A stretch of DNA of 64,000 bases. Origin: Carpediemonas membranifera BICM (lineage: Eukaryota; Protista; Fornicata). Positions 24,799 to 35,688 of this stretch are shown here, in pieces. Position 1 is the first letter of the stretch. Each line of letters begins with the position of its first letter. The stretch covers positions 124,001-188,000 of the forward strand of contig JAHDYR010000012.1 of assembly GCA_019828565.1 (NCBI GenBank), read 5' to 3'. The position numbers were made by a program, and so were the translations under genes. Under the pieces are notes generated by a model that saw only the letters and a program-made list of their open reading frames with translations, was not told where the DNA came from and did no database searches.

Positions 24799-24913
24799 GC
24801 TTGATAAGTCGGCGTTTTCCGCCCGTTCGGACATGGCGATCGAGTTTCTCCTTAAACGAAAGCAGAGCATTAATCTCTGGTTGAGTACATAACGGACCCT
24901 TGTCCTCAGTCAT
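24799..24913 (-). pseudogene. Element A gag N-terminus
   Basis: MTEDKGPLCTQPEINALLSFKEKLDRHVRTGGKRRLIK matches the F gag N-terminus. Confidence 0.85.
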
Positions 24914-24928
24914 TGTAAGTAACGTTAC

Positions 24929-25030
24929 TGTGGGTTCGTGAGAACAAAGCTTTACAAAGAATAGAGCTCGACACCCATGTGTCGAGCTGGACGACTCAAG
25001 ACTATTAAATAATCTATTGATGAACCAACA
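24929..25030 (-). repeat. 5' LTR of element A (~102 bp)
   Basis: TG..CA bounds, internal AGCTCGACAC-ccat-GTGTCGAGCT, adjacent palindrome and gag ATG. The partner LTR is outside the window. Confidence 0.8.
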
Positions 25031-25915
25031 GAGGTTATTGAGCTTAAGAGCTCCTAGGTGCTGAAAATGACCTCCATTGGCCTCAATAGGCCTCGTTGGC
25101 GAGATACGAGAACTTTCACGAAAGCTTCGGATCTTGTGGTGTTGTAGTCCGTTAGGGACAAGAAAGCTTTACAGGGAAAAGAGACGACACCAAATGTGTC
25201 GACAGAAACCTGAAGACGATGTAAATAATACAACTATGTAAATATTGGGTAAGACCCACGACACCGCCCCTCCATGGACCCCAAAGGGGCCATGGCCTCA
25301 GGCGTATGCCACTCGAACGAATGTGCGATGAGGGACTTGACCAGTCCCGAGACCTCCGATGCCACTCATTGGTCTACGAGACTCTGTACCATGGCAGGGT
25401 ACAGGGTGAATGCCTTGTTCAAGTCGGGAGCCAGAATTAGCGGGGTGAATCTGAAAGATTCGGAAAATATCTGCGGATCTCAAAAATCCTATCGTGGTAC
25501 CACTTGTTAGCGCGCTGTGTAATTAGAATGATCTTACGTGAGGCATTCCGCCCCTCCACGGTCGTAAAACGGCCGTTTGAATATTGATTAGATCAAATGA
25601 GCGCCTAAAACTGCTCACTGTGATGATCTTTGTGTTTCTCTTGGTATGTACTTCACGTCGCCGTCCTTATTACATAGAGATCGAAAAACGTCATTAGAAG
25701 CCTCAATTCGGCTTCGTTCGCGAGTTCTCGCGTTTTTTTGCTCTCGACGGTGCGACGTTCTCTCTCGCGGCTGCAAAAGGCCGCGTTCATCCTTAATAAC
25801 ATCAATCGGGCTTGAATTAGCCGTAAAACAGTGTCTTTCAGGTTCCATTGAGGTTGGTTGCTACTTCTTTCGAGTTGTTGTTTTCTCAGTGAAAACGGGA
25901 AGTGACGAACGAGCA

Positions 25916-27170
25916 ATGTCCGACGTACGTGAGCAGATTACGCAGATGCTGGCGCTATTTGATGAGGAGAAAGCCCGAAAGGCCTTCAAACGCTTCTTGA
26001 ACCGCTATCTCGATCGTGCCCGTTTTTTTCAACTCAGCCAGCGACTACCACGCTTTGTTCAGCGCACCTGCTCCTACAAACGTGACATCTATCCGGGACA
26101 CCTCTACTGAGAGCGTTACGAGTGCTCCGGTCACTTCTTGTGTGCGTTCGCCGACGCCGGGCGGTGACGAAAGCCCGGAGGAGGCTGAGACGGTGAGTTG
26201 TGATGCTGGCTCTCCACGTGAGAACCGTGGTGACTCGTGCGAGGCCGAGACCGCTCGTAGCGATGATGAATCCCGGCCGACGGGTCACGGCGACTCGGGG
26301 TCGGGGAGTGAGGAAACCGAGGTCTCGCCGCTCTTCTCTCTGGAGGAGATGATCACCGCTGTTGCCGCAGAGGGCGTGAGTTACATCACTCTAGACATGT
26401 CTGGTACCTTGCGGGCGCTCCGCGCCGGGATGCTCAACTCATATGGGCATCTCGCCGCAACGGAGAACTCTTCTTCCGTTGCGCGTGACATCTGTCGCGA
26501 TGGTCTCGTGTTGCTGGCGCTATCGCGCGAGTACCACACTCGGGCTATGTGTGGTCGGCCTGGCGATCCCACCGATCAGGATCTGGTGGCTTTGCACCTC
26601 TGCCGCCTCGACGCGACCTCGCGTACGCTCTGTCATCAGGGTTTGCGCGAGCGTATTCAGCTTCTCTCGGGGCGTGGTTACACCGTCATGACCCCTCATC
26701 TGCGCCGCGCCATAATGTTAGGTAATGACCCAGACCTGTATGACATGATGGTCGTGGGCCATGCGCAGGGCATCCTAGACGCTGCTGACGTGCGAGAGTT
26801 CAGCCGCCAATACATTGAAGCAATCCGGACCCCCACTGGTTTCGGTCATGTGCGCCACTCTTTGATGGACAACTTCCTGTTCGATGTCCCCAGCAATGAC
26901 GTCCTGCCCGTCGCGCTCGATCATAACGAGCCACGTCGTGTGTATGTGCTTGAGGCAATCGTTGGCCACCATCTGCATGAGAATTCCCTGCGTCTGCTCG
27001 TGCACTATGCTCGACGCGAGTACAGCTCGATTATCCTGGCAACCGAGGCAATCCGTGATAGTCAGGCTGGGGTCAAGTTCTTTGCTGCTCATCCCGAGCT
27101 AGTTCGCTATTGTACCCGGTCTGAGGACGCGAACGGTGCTCTCAGCGGGGGGTGTTTTGGAGTGAGATAA
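25916..27170 (+). CDS. Antisense accessory protein of element G (probable start MSDVREQ; likely 1-nt error in T-run 26023-26029)
   Basis: 384-aa open frame at 26016-27170, homologous to the F accessory ORF; C-terminal VYVLEAIVGH..LLVHY resembles a chromodomain. Confidence 0.78.
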
Positions 27171-27198
27171 AGGTTTGGATTGAGTAGATGCTGAAGGT

Positions 27199-30100
27199 TT
27201 ACAGACCGGCTCGCTTGGCCTCGTCTGACTTCAGGAATATGTCTAGCGCCTCTAGGTCCTTGACTGACGAATAGTCTTGCCACGTGGCCTCTTCGTCTTC
27301 GCACCCAGCCCAATGGACGAGGTATTCCCGCTTGGACATCGGGCCTCGACCTCGAGATCGACTGATTCGCTCAACTTCCCACTCGTCGTCAGCCGTGGCT
27401 GCGAGTGCTTTGATCTGATCTTCTGTCAGCCTGCCGGGATTGAACTTCCGAACTCTCGATGCGTCTACCGTGATCGCTTTCGAGTTGTCCTTCTCAGCTA
27501 GGTCTAAAACCTTATACGCGACAACGACACCGTGTTGTTTCACTCCGGCGAGCCTTCGCATTGGCCCTCTCCATCCAGGTGACAACTTGTTCGGTGGTCT
27601 AGAGGGGTACTTGACTAGGACGAACCTGCTAATAATCTCATTCCTCGAGGCAGTAGCCTTTGCGAGGGCGTCCTCTCTCATCGCCTGGACTCGGCTGCTG
27701 GCGAGTTGGACAGCCGCTGCGGCCGCTTCCCTGTGAGACTCACTCGCGCTCGCTGTACTAGAATCAGTCACATACACGTTCTGTGGTATTCTCAGGTCGT
27801 ACCCGAGAACTATCTCGGCTGGTGACAGGCGTGTAGACGTGCGCGGGGATGAATTAACGATGAACTGGGCGACAGGTAGATTCTCGATCCAGGTTGACCC
27901 TCTGAGCTGAAACTTACGCGCCTTGAGGATGCGTAATACTTGCTGGTTGGCGCGCTCTACCATCCCATTGGATTGCGGGTGGTGAGCCGTGGTAATATGG
28001 ATCTTGAACCCCATCTCATCTGCGATGCGCTTGAAGAGTTGGTTCTTGAACTCTGGTCCTCCGTCGGATTGGAGAACCTCAGGGCACCCGAAACGCAATA
28101 TCCAGTTGTTGACCAGGGCGTCCGCTGCTGCCGCGCCGGTGGTACTCGAAGATGCGACTAGCTCAGTCCACCGACTGCACATGTCGATCATGACTGTGAT
28201 GTAAGCCTTGCCGTCGACGGAGGGGAAAGGCCCCATCGTGTCAACTGCCACCCTACGGAACGGGCGATCTACGGCTGTGTGCAATCCTGACGGGCTGTCA
28301 ACCGGAGGGCGTCTAATCACCTGGCACACCGGGCAGTTTTCGATGACCTTGCTGACAGTCTCACGTGATACTGACTTGCCTTGGTCCTTGAGTCGTTCAG
28401 TAACTACACGTCGGGAGAGGTGGGCCCCGGCGGTGAGGTGTTCTGCTTCAACGTCATCTTCTGATGCGGACTGCATAACGTACACTCGCGATAAGCCGTC
28501 TGCCCCACCGTTATCAAGGCCAGCGACGTGCTTGACGTCGAAGTCCATGTCGGACATAGCCTCAGCCCATCTGCGGACCTTGGCGTTAGTCGACTTGTAC
28601 ATGTAAATCAGGTTGCGATGGTCCGTGAGAAGGGTGAACTTTCCCCAGGAGAGGTACTTGTTCCATCGCTTAATGGCGGCGACGATGGCGAATGCCTCCT
28701 TCTCTCCGACCGACCATCGCGATTGCACTTGGTCAAAGGCCTTGCTCATAAAGCACACGGGTTGGCCTTCCTGCAATAGCACAGCGCCGTAGCCAACTCC
28801 TGACGCGTCGGTCATGATGGTGTGTTCCTTGGACGCATCGAAGATGGCGAGTGCTTCTGCTTGGGCGAGGAGTGTCTTGACTTTGCGTAGGGCTTGCTCT
28901 TGCTCGTCGCCACCCAGCGGGATCTTGGAGGCCATCGCTTGAGTTAAGGGGTGTACTACTTCTGCGAAACCAGGGACATGATCCCGGAAATAGTTAAGAA
29001 ATCCGACGAGCGCTTGCATTCCCTTGACCGACTTAGGCATTTCGAGATCCAGGATGTCTTGAATGCGGTCCGCTGCGATGCGTTGACAGCCATGGGATAT
29101 GACCCTGCCCAGGAACTCGACCTCGGCCCTCGAAAACTGGCACTTGTCACGGTTGAGTTGTAACTTGATCTGTCTAGTACGCTGCAGCACGCTCTCCAGG
29201 TTCTTGAGGTAATCCTCCTCGTTTTCCCCGAAGACAATGATATCGTCGATATAGATATAACAGGCGTGACCAACCAGTTCGGCGAAAGCCGACTCCATGG
29301 CACGCTGAAAGTGAGCTCCTGCGTTCCTTAGCCCGAAGGGCATCCTAGTGTATTGATATTGACCTAGAATGGTGGTGAACGCAGTGTACTTGCGGCAGCG
29401 TTTGGTCAGTTCGACCTGGTGATAACCCGACGACAGGTCTAGTGTGGCGAAGATCTTCTTGTTGGGTAGTTGGGCGATCACCTCGTCGATCATTGGGATC
29501 GGGTAGTCGAAAGTGGGGGTGATCTCGTTGATCTGCCGGAAATCCACGACGAAGCGCGACTTCCCGCCCTTCTTCGGCACCGTCATGGCCGGGGATGCGT
29601 ACGGTGAGTTGCTTCTCTCGATAAACCCCTTCAAGGACAGCTCGTCGATGTGCTCCCGTATTATGTCGACCTTGGCTGGTGGGACGAAGTATGGTCTGGC
29701 GTTGACCACTCGGTCCTCGCGTAGGATGAGGTCATACGGCTCGAGGCGGCTGGGTTCGCTACGGTCCTCGAACACGTCGCTATAACGTCTGATTAGCTCG
29801 GCCTGCCGGTCGATGCTGGTCTGCGACAAAGAAAACAATGGTGCCTGATACTTGTACACGTCCGGAATCTCGATCTCGTCATCATCTTGCTCGTCTGTGT
29901 AGGCTTGGGGAAGGATTCCCAGTGCTACCATGTCTGGATATCCGATAATCATGTCGAACTCAGTGTCAAGTAGCAGCATACGTGGCTTGTAGGAGCACGC
30001 CTTGGGTGTAAACGCTGACGCTAGCAGTCTTACGTCGCCTTCAACAGCGCCTTGCGCGTGAAGAATACCCTTGTTGGCGGTACGGATCGGAATAACCTCG

Positions 30101-31149
30101 GAGCTAACTTTTGTCAGCTTGGACGCCCACGTGCTCTTAATGATCGTGACTCCGGCACCTGAATCAAGTAGAGCAGTGAGGTTGTGACCATTAATCTGGA
30201 CTTTGATCAAGGGAACAGATGGCTTAGTCTCGGTCTCGCCCTTAGTCTTTGACGGTTCGCCCTCGGCCGGTGACTCCTTGGAACTTAAAACACACACGCA
30301 CTTGGAGGATTTACAGTAATCCTCCAGGTGGCCGACACGACCACACTTCTTACATGTGTGCTTGGGCTTCTTACACTTGAACACCGAGTGACCCTTGCCA
30401 CCGCAGTTATAGCAGGTGTAGTTAGAGTAGTCCTTTGCCGGCTTCTCCTTCTTGATTGCCTTGTGGCCCTTGTTGGTTTCAGCCGACCGGTTATCGGACG
30501 AGGGCTTCTTCGGGATCACAGACGAGTCGTGTCTGCGGTCATGGCGGGACGTGTAGGGTTGACGAGAGGGAGCGTCTTCGAAAGCGCTTAGTAGATCCCG
30601 TGACTCTTGGACTTCACGTGCTAGGGCTAGGACGGCGGGCATAGCCTTTTCCAGAGGCTGGTCCTCGATGAGCTCTTGGATGCGGTACATGGCCTTGGGG
30701 TTGCTCTTAAAGGCACGCGTATACGCCTCCTTGAGGTTGTCCTCGTTGAGGGACTTCCCATCGAACAGGGACAAGAGGAGAGTGAACTTCCGATTGACGC
30801 GTGCGACCTGTACCGTGTCGAAGCTGTTGGCTCTTAGACGGAACAGCTGGAGGCGTGAGGTCTTGGTTCTGGGTTGCAGGGCTTGTCCGAGCCGCTTGAG
30901 AGTTCTCTGATCCTTCAGATCGCGGATGTTCTTCCTTGAGGCTACTAGGGGAGTGTGATCGTCGTCTTCGTCCTGCGTAGTGGATAGGATCGTGGCAATG
31001 AGGTCTTGTACCGAGCTATCAATCAAGTCTGAGATATCCCGATGGCCTCCGTAAGCGCGATAGTCGCGGAAGGCCTCGGCGAAAGTGATGAGAGCCTCAA
31101 CTGACGGAACCGTTAGTAGAGGAGGTATAAGGCGTTTCTTATCGTTCAT
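27199..31149 (-). CDS. Element G intact gag-pol polyprotein (1316 aa) with chromodomain
   Basis: 2 CCHC knuckles, LLDSGA, YIDD, MTDAS, CPVC, SDGG, NGMVERAN, WEVERI..YLVHWAG. Confidence 0.96.
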   Translation of the reverse strand: MNDKKRLIPPLLTVPSVEALITFAEAFRDYRAYGGHRDISDLIDSSVQDLIATILSTTQDEDDDHTPLVASRKNIRDLKDQRTLKRLGQALQPRTKTSRLQLFRLRANSFDTVQVARVNRKFTLLLSLFDGKSLNEDNLKEAYTRAFKSNPKAMYRIQELIEDQPLEKAMPAVLALAREVQESRDLLSAFEDAPSRQPYTSRHDRRHDSSVIPKKPSSDNRSAETNKGHKAIKKEKPAKDYSNYTCYNCGGKGHSVFKCKKPKHTCKKCGRVGHLEDYCKSSKCVCVLSSKESPAEGEPSKTKGETETKPSVPLIKVQINGHNLTALLDSGAGVTIIKSTWASKLTKVSSEVIPIRTANKGILHAQGAVEGDVRLLASAFTPKACSYKPRMLLLDTEFDMIIGYPDMVALGILPQAYTDEQDDDEIEIPDVYKYQAPLFSLSQTSIDRQAELIRRYSDVFEDRSEPSRLEPYDLILREDRVVNARPYFVPPAKVDIIREHIDELSLKGFIERSNSPYASPAMTVPKKGGKSRFVVDFRQINEITPTFDYPIPMIDEVIAQLPNKKIFATLDLSSGYHQVELTKRCRKYTAFTTILGQYQYTRMPFGLRNAGAHFQRAMESAFAELVGHACYIYIDDIIVFGENEEDYLKNLESVLQRTRQIKLQLNRDKCQFSRAEVEFLGRVISHGCQRIAADRIQDILDLEMPKSVKGMQALVGFLNYFRDHVPGFAEVVHPLTQAMASKIPLGGDEQEQALRKVKTLLAQAEALAIFDASKEHTIMTDASGVGYGAVLLQEGQPVCFMSKAFDQVQSRWSVGEKEAFAIVAAIKRWNKYLSWGKFTLLTDHRNLIYMYKSTNAKVRRWAEAMSDMDFDVKHVAGLDNGGADGLSRVYVMQSASEDDVEAEHLTAGAHLSRRVVTERLKDQGKSVSRETVSKVIENCPVCQVIRRPPVDSPSGLHTAVDRPFRRVAVDTMGPFPSVDGKAYITVMIDMCSRWTELVASSSTTGAAAADALVNNWILRFGCPEVLQSDGGPEFKNQLFKRIADEMGFKIHITTAHHPQSNGMVERANQQVLRILKARKFQLRGSTWIENLPVAQFIVNSSPRTSTRLSPAEIVLGYDLRIPQNVYVTDSSTASASESHREAAAAAVQLASSRVQAMREDALAKATASRNEIISRFVLVKYPSRPPNKLSPGWRGPMRRLAGVKQHGVVVAYKVLDLAEKDNSKAITVDASRVRKFNPGRLTEDQIKALAATADDEWEVERISRSRGRGPMSKREYLVHWAGCEDEEATWQDYSSVKDLEALDIFLKSDEAKRAGL

Positions 31150-31644
31150 GGCTTGAATTTCTAGAAATGTAGTCCGTTAGGGACAAGAAAGCTTTACAGG
31201 GAAAAGAGACGACACCAAATGTGTCGACAGAAACCTGAAGACGATGTAAATAATACAACTATGTAAATATTGGGTAAGACCCACGACAGTGTTGGAAAAC
31301 ACAAATGGCAAGGAGAGCGATTTATAGAGTCGACACAATGGGTGTAGACATGACTAAACGAGACCCAATATATAATGTATGCGCGACACTACAGATCTTC
31401 GACGGGATTCTTCCTCGCAAGCGGTCCATTAGTCTCAATTAAGCAACATCAAGCTTCTCAGACAGCAGTTTATAGGTTAGGACGTGCTAAGGTCCCGATC
31501 AGATGGGGATCATTGGCGCCAGCGGCGACGACGAGCCAGCGCCTCGAGGGGTGCCACAGCCGTTCCACAAAGCTTGCCAAATCGATTCGTCGGTTCGATC
31601 AAGGCTACGGTGTCAATAATGTTTAATGTCCATCAACCAACAAG

Positions 31645-32688
31645 CTACGCTGACCCAAACCTGCTGCGGGCGGAGGACTGAAGGGCACTCCACGAAAATG
31701 CACTCACACCCAGATTCGGCCGTCGGAACTGAAGGTCGGGCTGCTGTGCCTCAGAAACAAGAGCAGCCTGTTTCGCCTTCGTGTCCTCGTACTGCGTCCT
31801 CACAGAAACAGCCTTAAAGTGCACTTTCGACTTCCCGACAATTGGGAGCTTTTTGAGCGCTGGTGCTCTCGAAAGAGTCGGCTCCTCGTCTGAATCATCC
31901 TCGCTAGAGGCAAGGAGCTCCTCCTCCTCGTCCCTGGGAATGGTCCGGCCGTGGTATGATGCGTCCGACTCTGACTCCTGAGTCGAGTCGTCCTCCGTGG
32001 TCTCTTCTGCCGACTCAGAGCCAGTGGCCGCTTCCTCTTCCCTCTCCTGGGTCTTGCTGTAGTCCTCGTTGTAGTCTTCGTCCTCGCTTGAGCCGGCGGT
32101 CTCCGAGTCGTCAGACCGGGGCGACACACTCGGGAACACGTGCCGCTGCTCCACAGCCACAGCCTCCCCCTGCTGCGGGTACTGGGGCGGGGGCATCTGT
32201 GGTGTGGGCTGGAACCACTGGCTGTCCCCCATCATTCCATATCCCATGGAGGGCATCATCATTGGAGAGGCCTGGTACTGGTACCCCGGCTGGTAGTACC
32301 AACCTTCTATGGCGTTTGTAGAAGCGTTATTGGGGACACCGGGGCGTGGGGCGCTGAGGGGTGCGGTTTGGGCGGGGAATGGGAGCATCGTCATTTGGGG
32401 ATTGGGGAGAGAGGGGGTGAGAAGCTGCATGGGGATGGGATAAGCGCCGGGAGGGAATACTGGAGGGTATTGGGCAACTGTAGTTGGTTGTACGCTCTGG
32501 TATTCATCCTCAGAGTCCGAAGAGCTCGAAGAGTGGTCTGTGTATGTCTCTTCGCTTGGAGACGGGTATTTCTCTTCTTCCTCGTCTTCATATGTGGCGC
32601 GTTTGCTGAAGAAACGGCCAAACCATCCAGGACTATTCGGGTGCTTTCGTTTTTGGCCGGCCATTGCGTTTTCAAATGAAATCGTCAT
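31645..32688 (-). CDS. Hypothetical low-complexity protein (Pro/Gln/Tyr-rich and acidic)
   Basis: Long ORF; probable start MTISFEN at 32688; no recognisable domain. Confidence 0.55.
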   Translation of the reverse strand: MTISFENAMAGQKRKHPNSPGWFGRFFSKRATYEDEEEEKYPSPSEETYTDHSSSSSDSEDEYQSVQPTTVAQYPPVFPPGAYPIPMQLLTPSLPNPQMTMLPFPAQTAPLSAPRPGVPNNASTNAIEGWYYQPGYQYQASPMMMPSMGYGMMGDSQWFQPTPQMPPPQYPQQGEAVAVEQRHVFPSVSPRSDDSETAGSSEDEDYNEDYSKTQEREEEAATGSESAEETTEDDSTQESESDASYHGRTIPRDEEEELLASSEDDSDEEPTLSRAPALKKLPIVGKSKVHFKAVSVRTQYEDTKAKQAALVSEAQQPDLQFRRPNLGVSAFSWSALQSSARSRFGSA

Positions 32689-33849
32689 TTTCTGCTGCTT
32701 AGCCCCAGCGCGGAAACAGAGAGAGCGCGTCGAAACGAGGAAATGGGGAGGAAGAGGATGCAAGCCCTGCGGACCGAAGCTGAGAGGAGGCAACAGGCAA
32801 CGCAAAGGGCCATAGACGAGTAGCACCAACCCCGCCCGTGCCATGGGCCACGCCCATCCAACACGCAGCACCGACCACCCCCACTCAGGAACCATCGGAA
32901 GAAGACCAGGACCAAGCGATGTCCCTGTTGGACCCCGGCAGCATCGTTCCCCACACCCGAGCCGTATGAGGCGGACGGCCAAACCTACTGATCGACAACC
33001 AGGACCTGGTTCCCAGCCACGACGGGACCGCAATCCCCACTGCACTTCTTGAGGGCGCTGCGGCCGAGCAAAACGTCAGCTGCCATCAAGAGACAAGTGA
33101 CCAGTGATAGAGCCAGTCGAGCCTGGAACCGACGAGGACGCGACTGATGTAGATGAACCAGACGATGAACCACCGCTCAGACACCCACCTCAAGATCAGG
33201 CCAGGAAGGGGACACCGAAGGGCCAGACACATACCCACCGCATCAAGCTCGCACGTCGACCGACCATCCGTCAAAGTGCCGGTCTCATGATTAGTTTCCG
33301 ATCGTAGGAGCAACTTGTTCCAACCTGTAAAATGATGTTCCGACTCTGTCTTCAGCGGAGACACACTCGTGCCGGCAGGGTGTGCTGAGCTCTGTTCGGC
33401 CCTTTGCCGACTTCGCTCAAGATGCTATCGTCTGCCGTCGTCTGCGAGCTGACATTCATTCGGGAGAACCCGACAGCCTCCCGTGCGAAGAAGCTGAAGA
33501 AGCCATGCATCTCGACCCTGAAGATGCCCGCGGTGAGTGCCATCCCCATGATTCACCGGGAGACACGTCTTTCGTCTGCTGAAGAAGAGATGGGAGACGA
33601 TTCGGAGACGGAGATCGACGAGCCTGAAGCGGAGCCAAGCCTGCAAGGACGCTTGGGCGTGCAGCCACCCGATGTGCCGCTGGCCACTCCTCAAGCACCT
33701 CAACCGAAGCGTGTCATCTTTGGGCAACCAGTGGGGTCTGTACTATGATCGTGATGGCTGTGAGCTGAAGGAGAGACTTTGCATCAGCAGCCTGACCCTA
33801 GTCAAAAGTGACGCCGGCCGACACCTGTGATCCATCCAGCACATCCGAG

Positions 33850-35513
33850 CACTAGGCATCAGCAGGCCGAGCCATGCCACCAATGGTGGTGGTAGATAAG
33901 AAGTCGGGAGACATCCGCCTGTGGACTACACCCGACTCAACGTTGTAAGCATCAGATACTCCCCACTGCCCGATCTGAAGTCGTTTGTCGCAGGGTTACC
34001 CTTCCTGGCACAATCATGGCGAAATATGGCAAGGTTCCGTCGGCACTAGACTTTACACTCCTCCAGCGGAAGGCTCCGCGGCACCCGAAACAATCCTCTC
34101 AGCCAAGCTCTGGCTTCTCCAGGACACCGTGAACATGTTCACGATGATGCCCAAGAGCACCGCCCCGGACGACACCATCAAGGCGCTCTTGGCCTGCTTA
34201 AGGCGTCTTGATTATTATTATGGAGAACAGTCTAAGCTCACTGCCTGGCGCGAGCAAACAATCGTTTCCTGTGGCCTGTGGCCTCAAACAGCAGTTGTTA
34301 GCTGTCCGTCTGCGTATTCCCGTCTACTGCCACAGTGGAGTCGCCTTCTCCGACATCGCCGCGATATGGCCAACATCAAGGATGTGGTGAATCCGAGATT
34401 GGCCTCAGTGGACTTCAGTGGAGTGGTTGTCAGCGCGGTGGGTAGGATCGCCGGTGCGCCTGATGGTACGACCCGCACATCCAGCCCACTGTCATCCCCG
34501 TGAGGACCCCCGGCGCCAAGTTGATGCCGACATCCGTGGAGCTCAAGGAGACGAGATTATCAGCGTCAGTCAATCCTCCGTGGTCACGTTCACCCTGCCG
34601 TCGTTCGGCCCCCTCCCACCGGATGGCAGCAGGATGCAGCTTCATGAGATCATCATCGACCCAGACCGCTTAAGGGCGACCCGGGCAACTCGGCTCTCAC
34701 TGAGAGAAGCAGGATGCCAGACCAGGGTGTAATGTCGCAGGGAGCTCCAATGTAGTAGCAGACCAGCTGTCGCGCCCAGCGCTCACGCACCCGAAGATAC
34801 AGCGACTGCGGCGTGCGGCCCAACGCCCCATGGATGAAGAGTTCGTGACTTTTAGCCACTCTGAAGACGACGGGAGTAACTCTACGTCTGAGGACGAGGG
34901 CCCGCGAGACCCGAAGATCAGCCAGCGGGACCGCGACGACGTCGAGAAGGCTGTGTTTGCAGCAGGCCAGAGTCGTGCCTTGACTGCTGAAGCTAAGACA
35001 GCGCTACTCAAGGAGGCTCATACCCTTGAGCACGTGGGACTCAAGCAGACACTTCGCAACCTGCGTCAGACTGGCACGATTTGGCCTAACATGATGGCGG
35101 ATGGGGTGTCCCAGATGAGATCCGCTCGGACAGAGGCGGCGAATTCACTGGAGACGAGACCGCGACGTGGCTCCTAGCTTTCGGCGTGAGACCTAAGCTA
35201 ACGTTCGCTTACCATCCACAGGGCAACGGCATGTGCGAAAGGCTGAACCGAACGTGGACGATTAAGCTCAGAGTTTTAATGGGCAACTGTTGTACATTTG
35301 ACCAGTGGACAGACTCGCTGCCGCGCAGTGGTACAGCTGGCCATCAACAGCAGTTTCCGTGAGTTCTTGGTTGACTGGGTCAGCCAGGAAGCGACCTGGG
35401 AGCCGTACTTTGTGGTGAGCGGTCTGGCCGCTCTGGACGAGTTCTTGGCTACCGAAGCCGCCGTTCAGGAGGAGGTAGCTGTAGGGGCCGGGGCGAGAGC
35501 AGCGGCTATTTGA
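33850..35513 (+). pseudogene. Heavily decayed chromovirus relic
   Basis: Fragments PMVVVDKKSGDIRL-VDYTRLN (RT), EAHTLEHVG..WPNM (IN Zn finger), HPQGNGMCERLNRT (IN core), FLVDW..EATWEP (chromodomain). Confidence 0.75.
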
Positions 35514-35688
35514 TTAATGATTTGATGAATACACGATAAGCACTACATGACTAGACCAGGGTGTTATGTCCTCAATGTAACCAGAGAATCGGGTGTCTCG
35601 CGTGTCTTGGCACCTTGATTGCTCGCTGAAATAGTTTACAAAACAGACCCGGCATACAGCATAGACATAACAGGACATGTAAATCAGC

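Larger units (their letters stand above)
1..25030 (-). mobile_element. Ty3/gypsy LTR retrotransposon A (outermost host of the nest; 3' part lies outside the window)
   Basis: 5' LTR at 24929-25030. Gag starts at ATG 24913 and is split by F and B. Removing each insertion plus one TSD restores the frame (KRRLIK|RLGPAV and KRLQEAA|MITSRT). Gag CCHC knuckles, protease and RT start follow at 1-1094. Confidence 0.9.
25143..31288 (-). mobile_element. Ty3/gypsy chromovirus G, intact, with antisense accessory ORF
   Basis: Identical 121-bp LTRs at 25143-25263 and 31168-31288; 4-bp TSD GTGT; PPT GGAGGGGGCGG. Confidence 0.95.
25135..31393 (-). repeat. Solo LTR H (B family), split by element G into 25135-25142 and 31289-31393
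   Basis: Diverged reverse complement of the B LTR; 5-bp TSD GATCT at 25130-25134 and 31394-31398. Confidence 0.88.

Noticed and set aside
21944-27170. Accessory ORFs as env genes
   Set aside because: Antisense orientation, no signal peptide, and no clear C-terminal TM anchor.
1095-31393. Repeated GTCGACAC..GTGTCGAC hairpins as CRISPR repeats or recombination sites
   Set aside because: Not arrayed with spacers and no cas genes; each lies inside an LTR.
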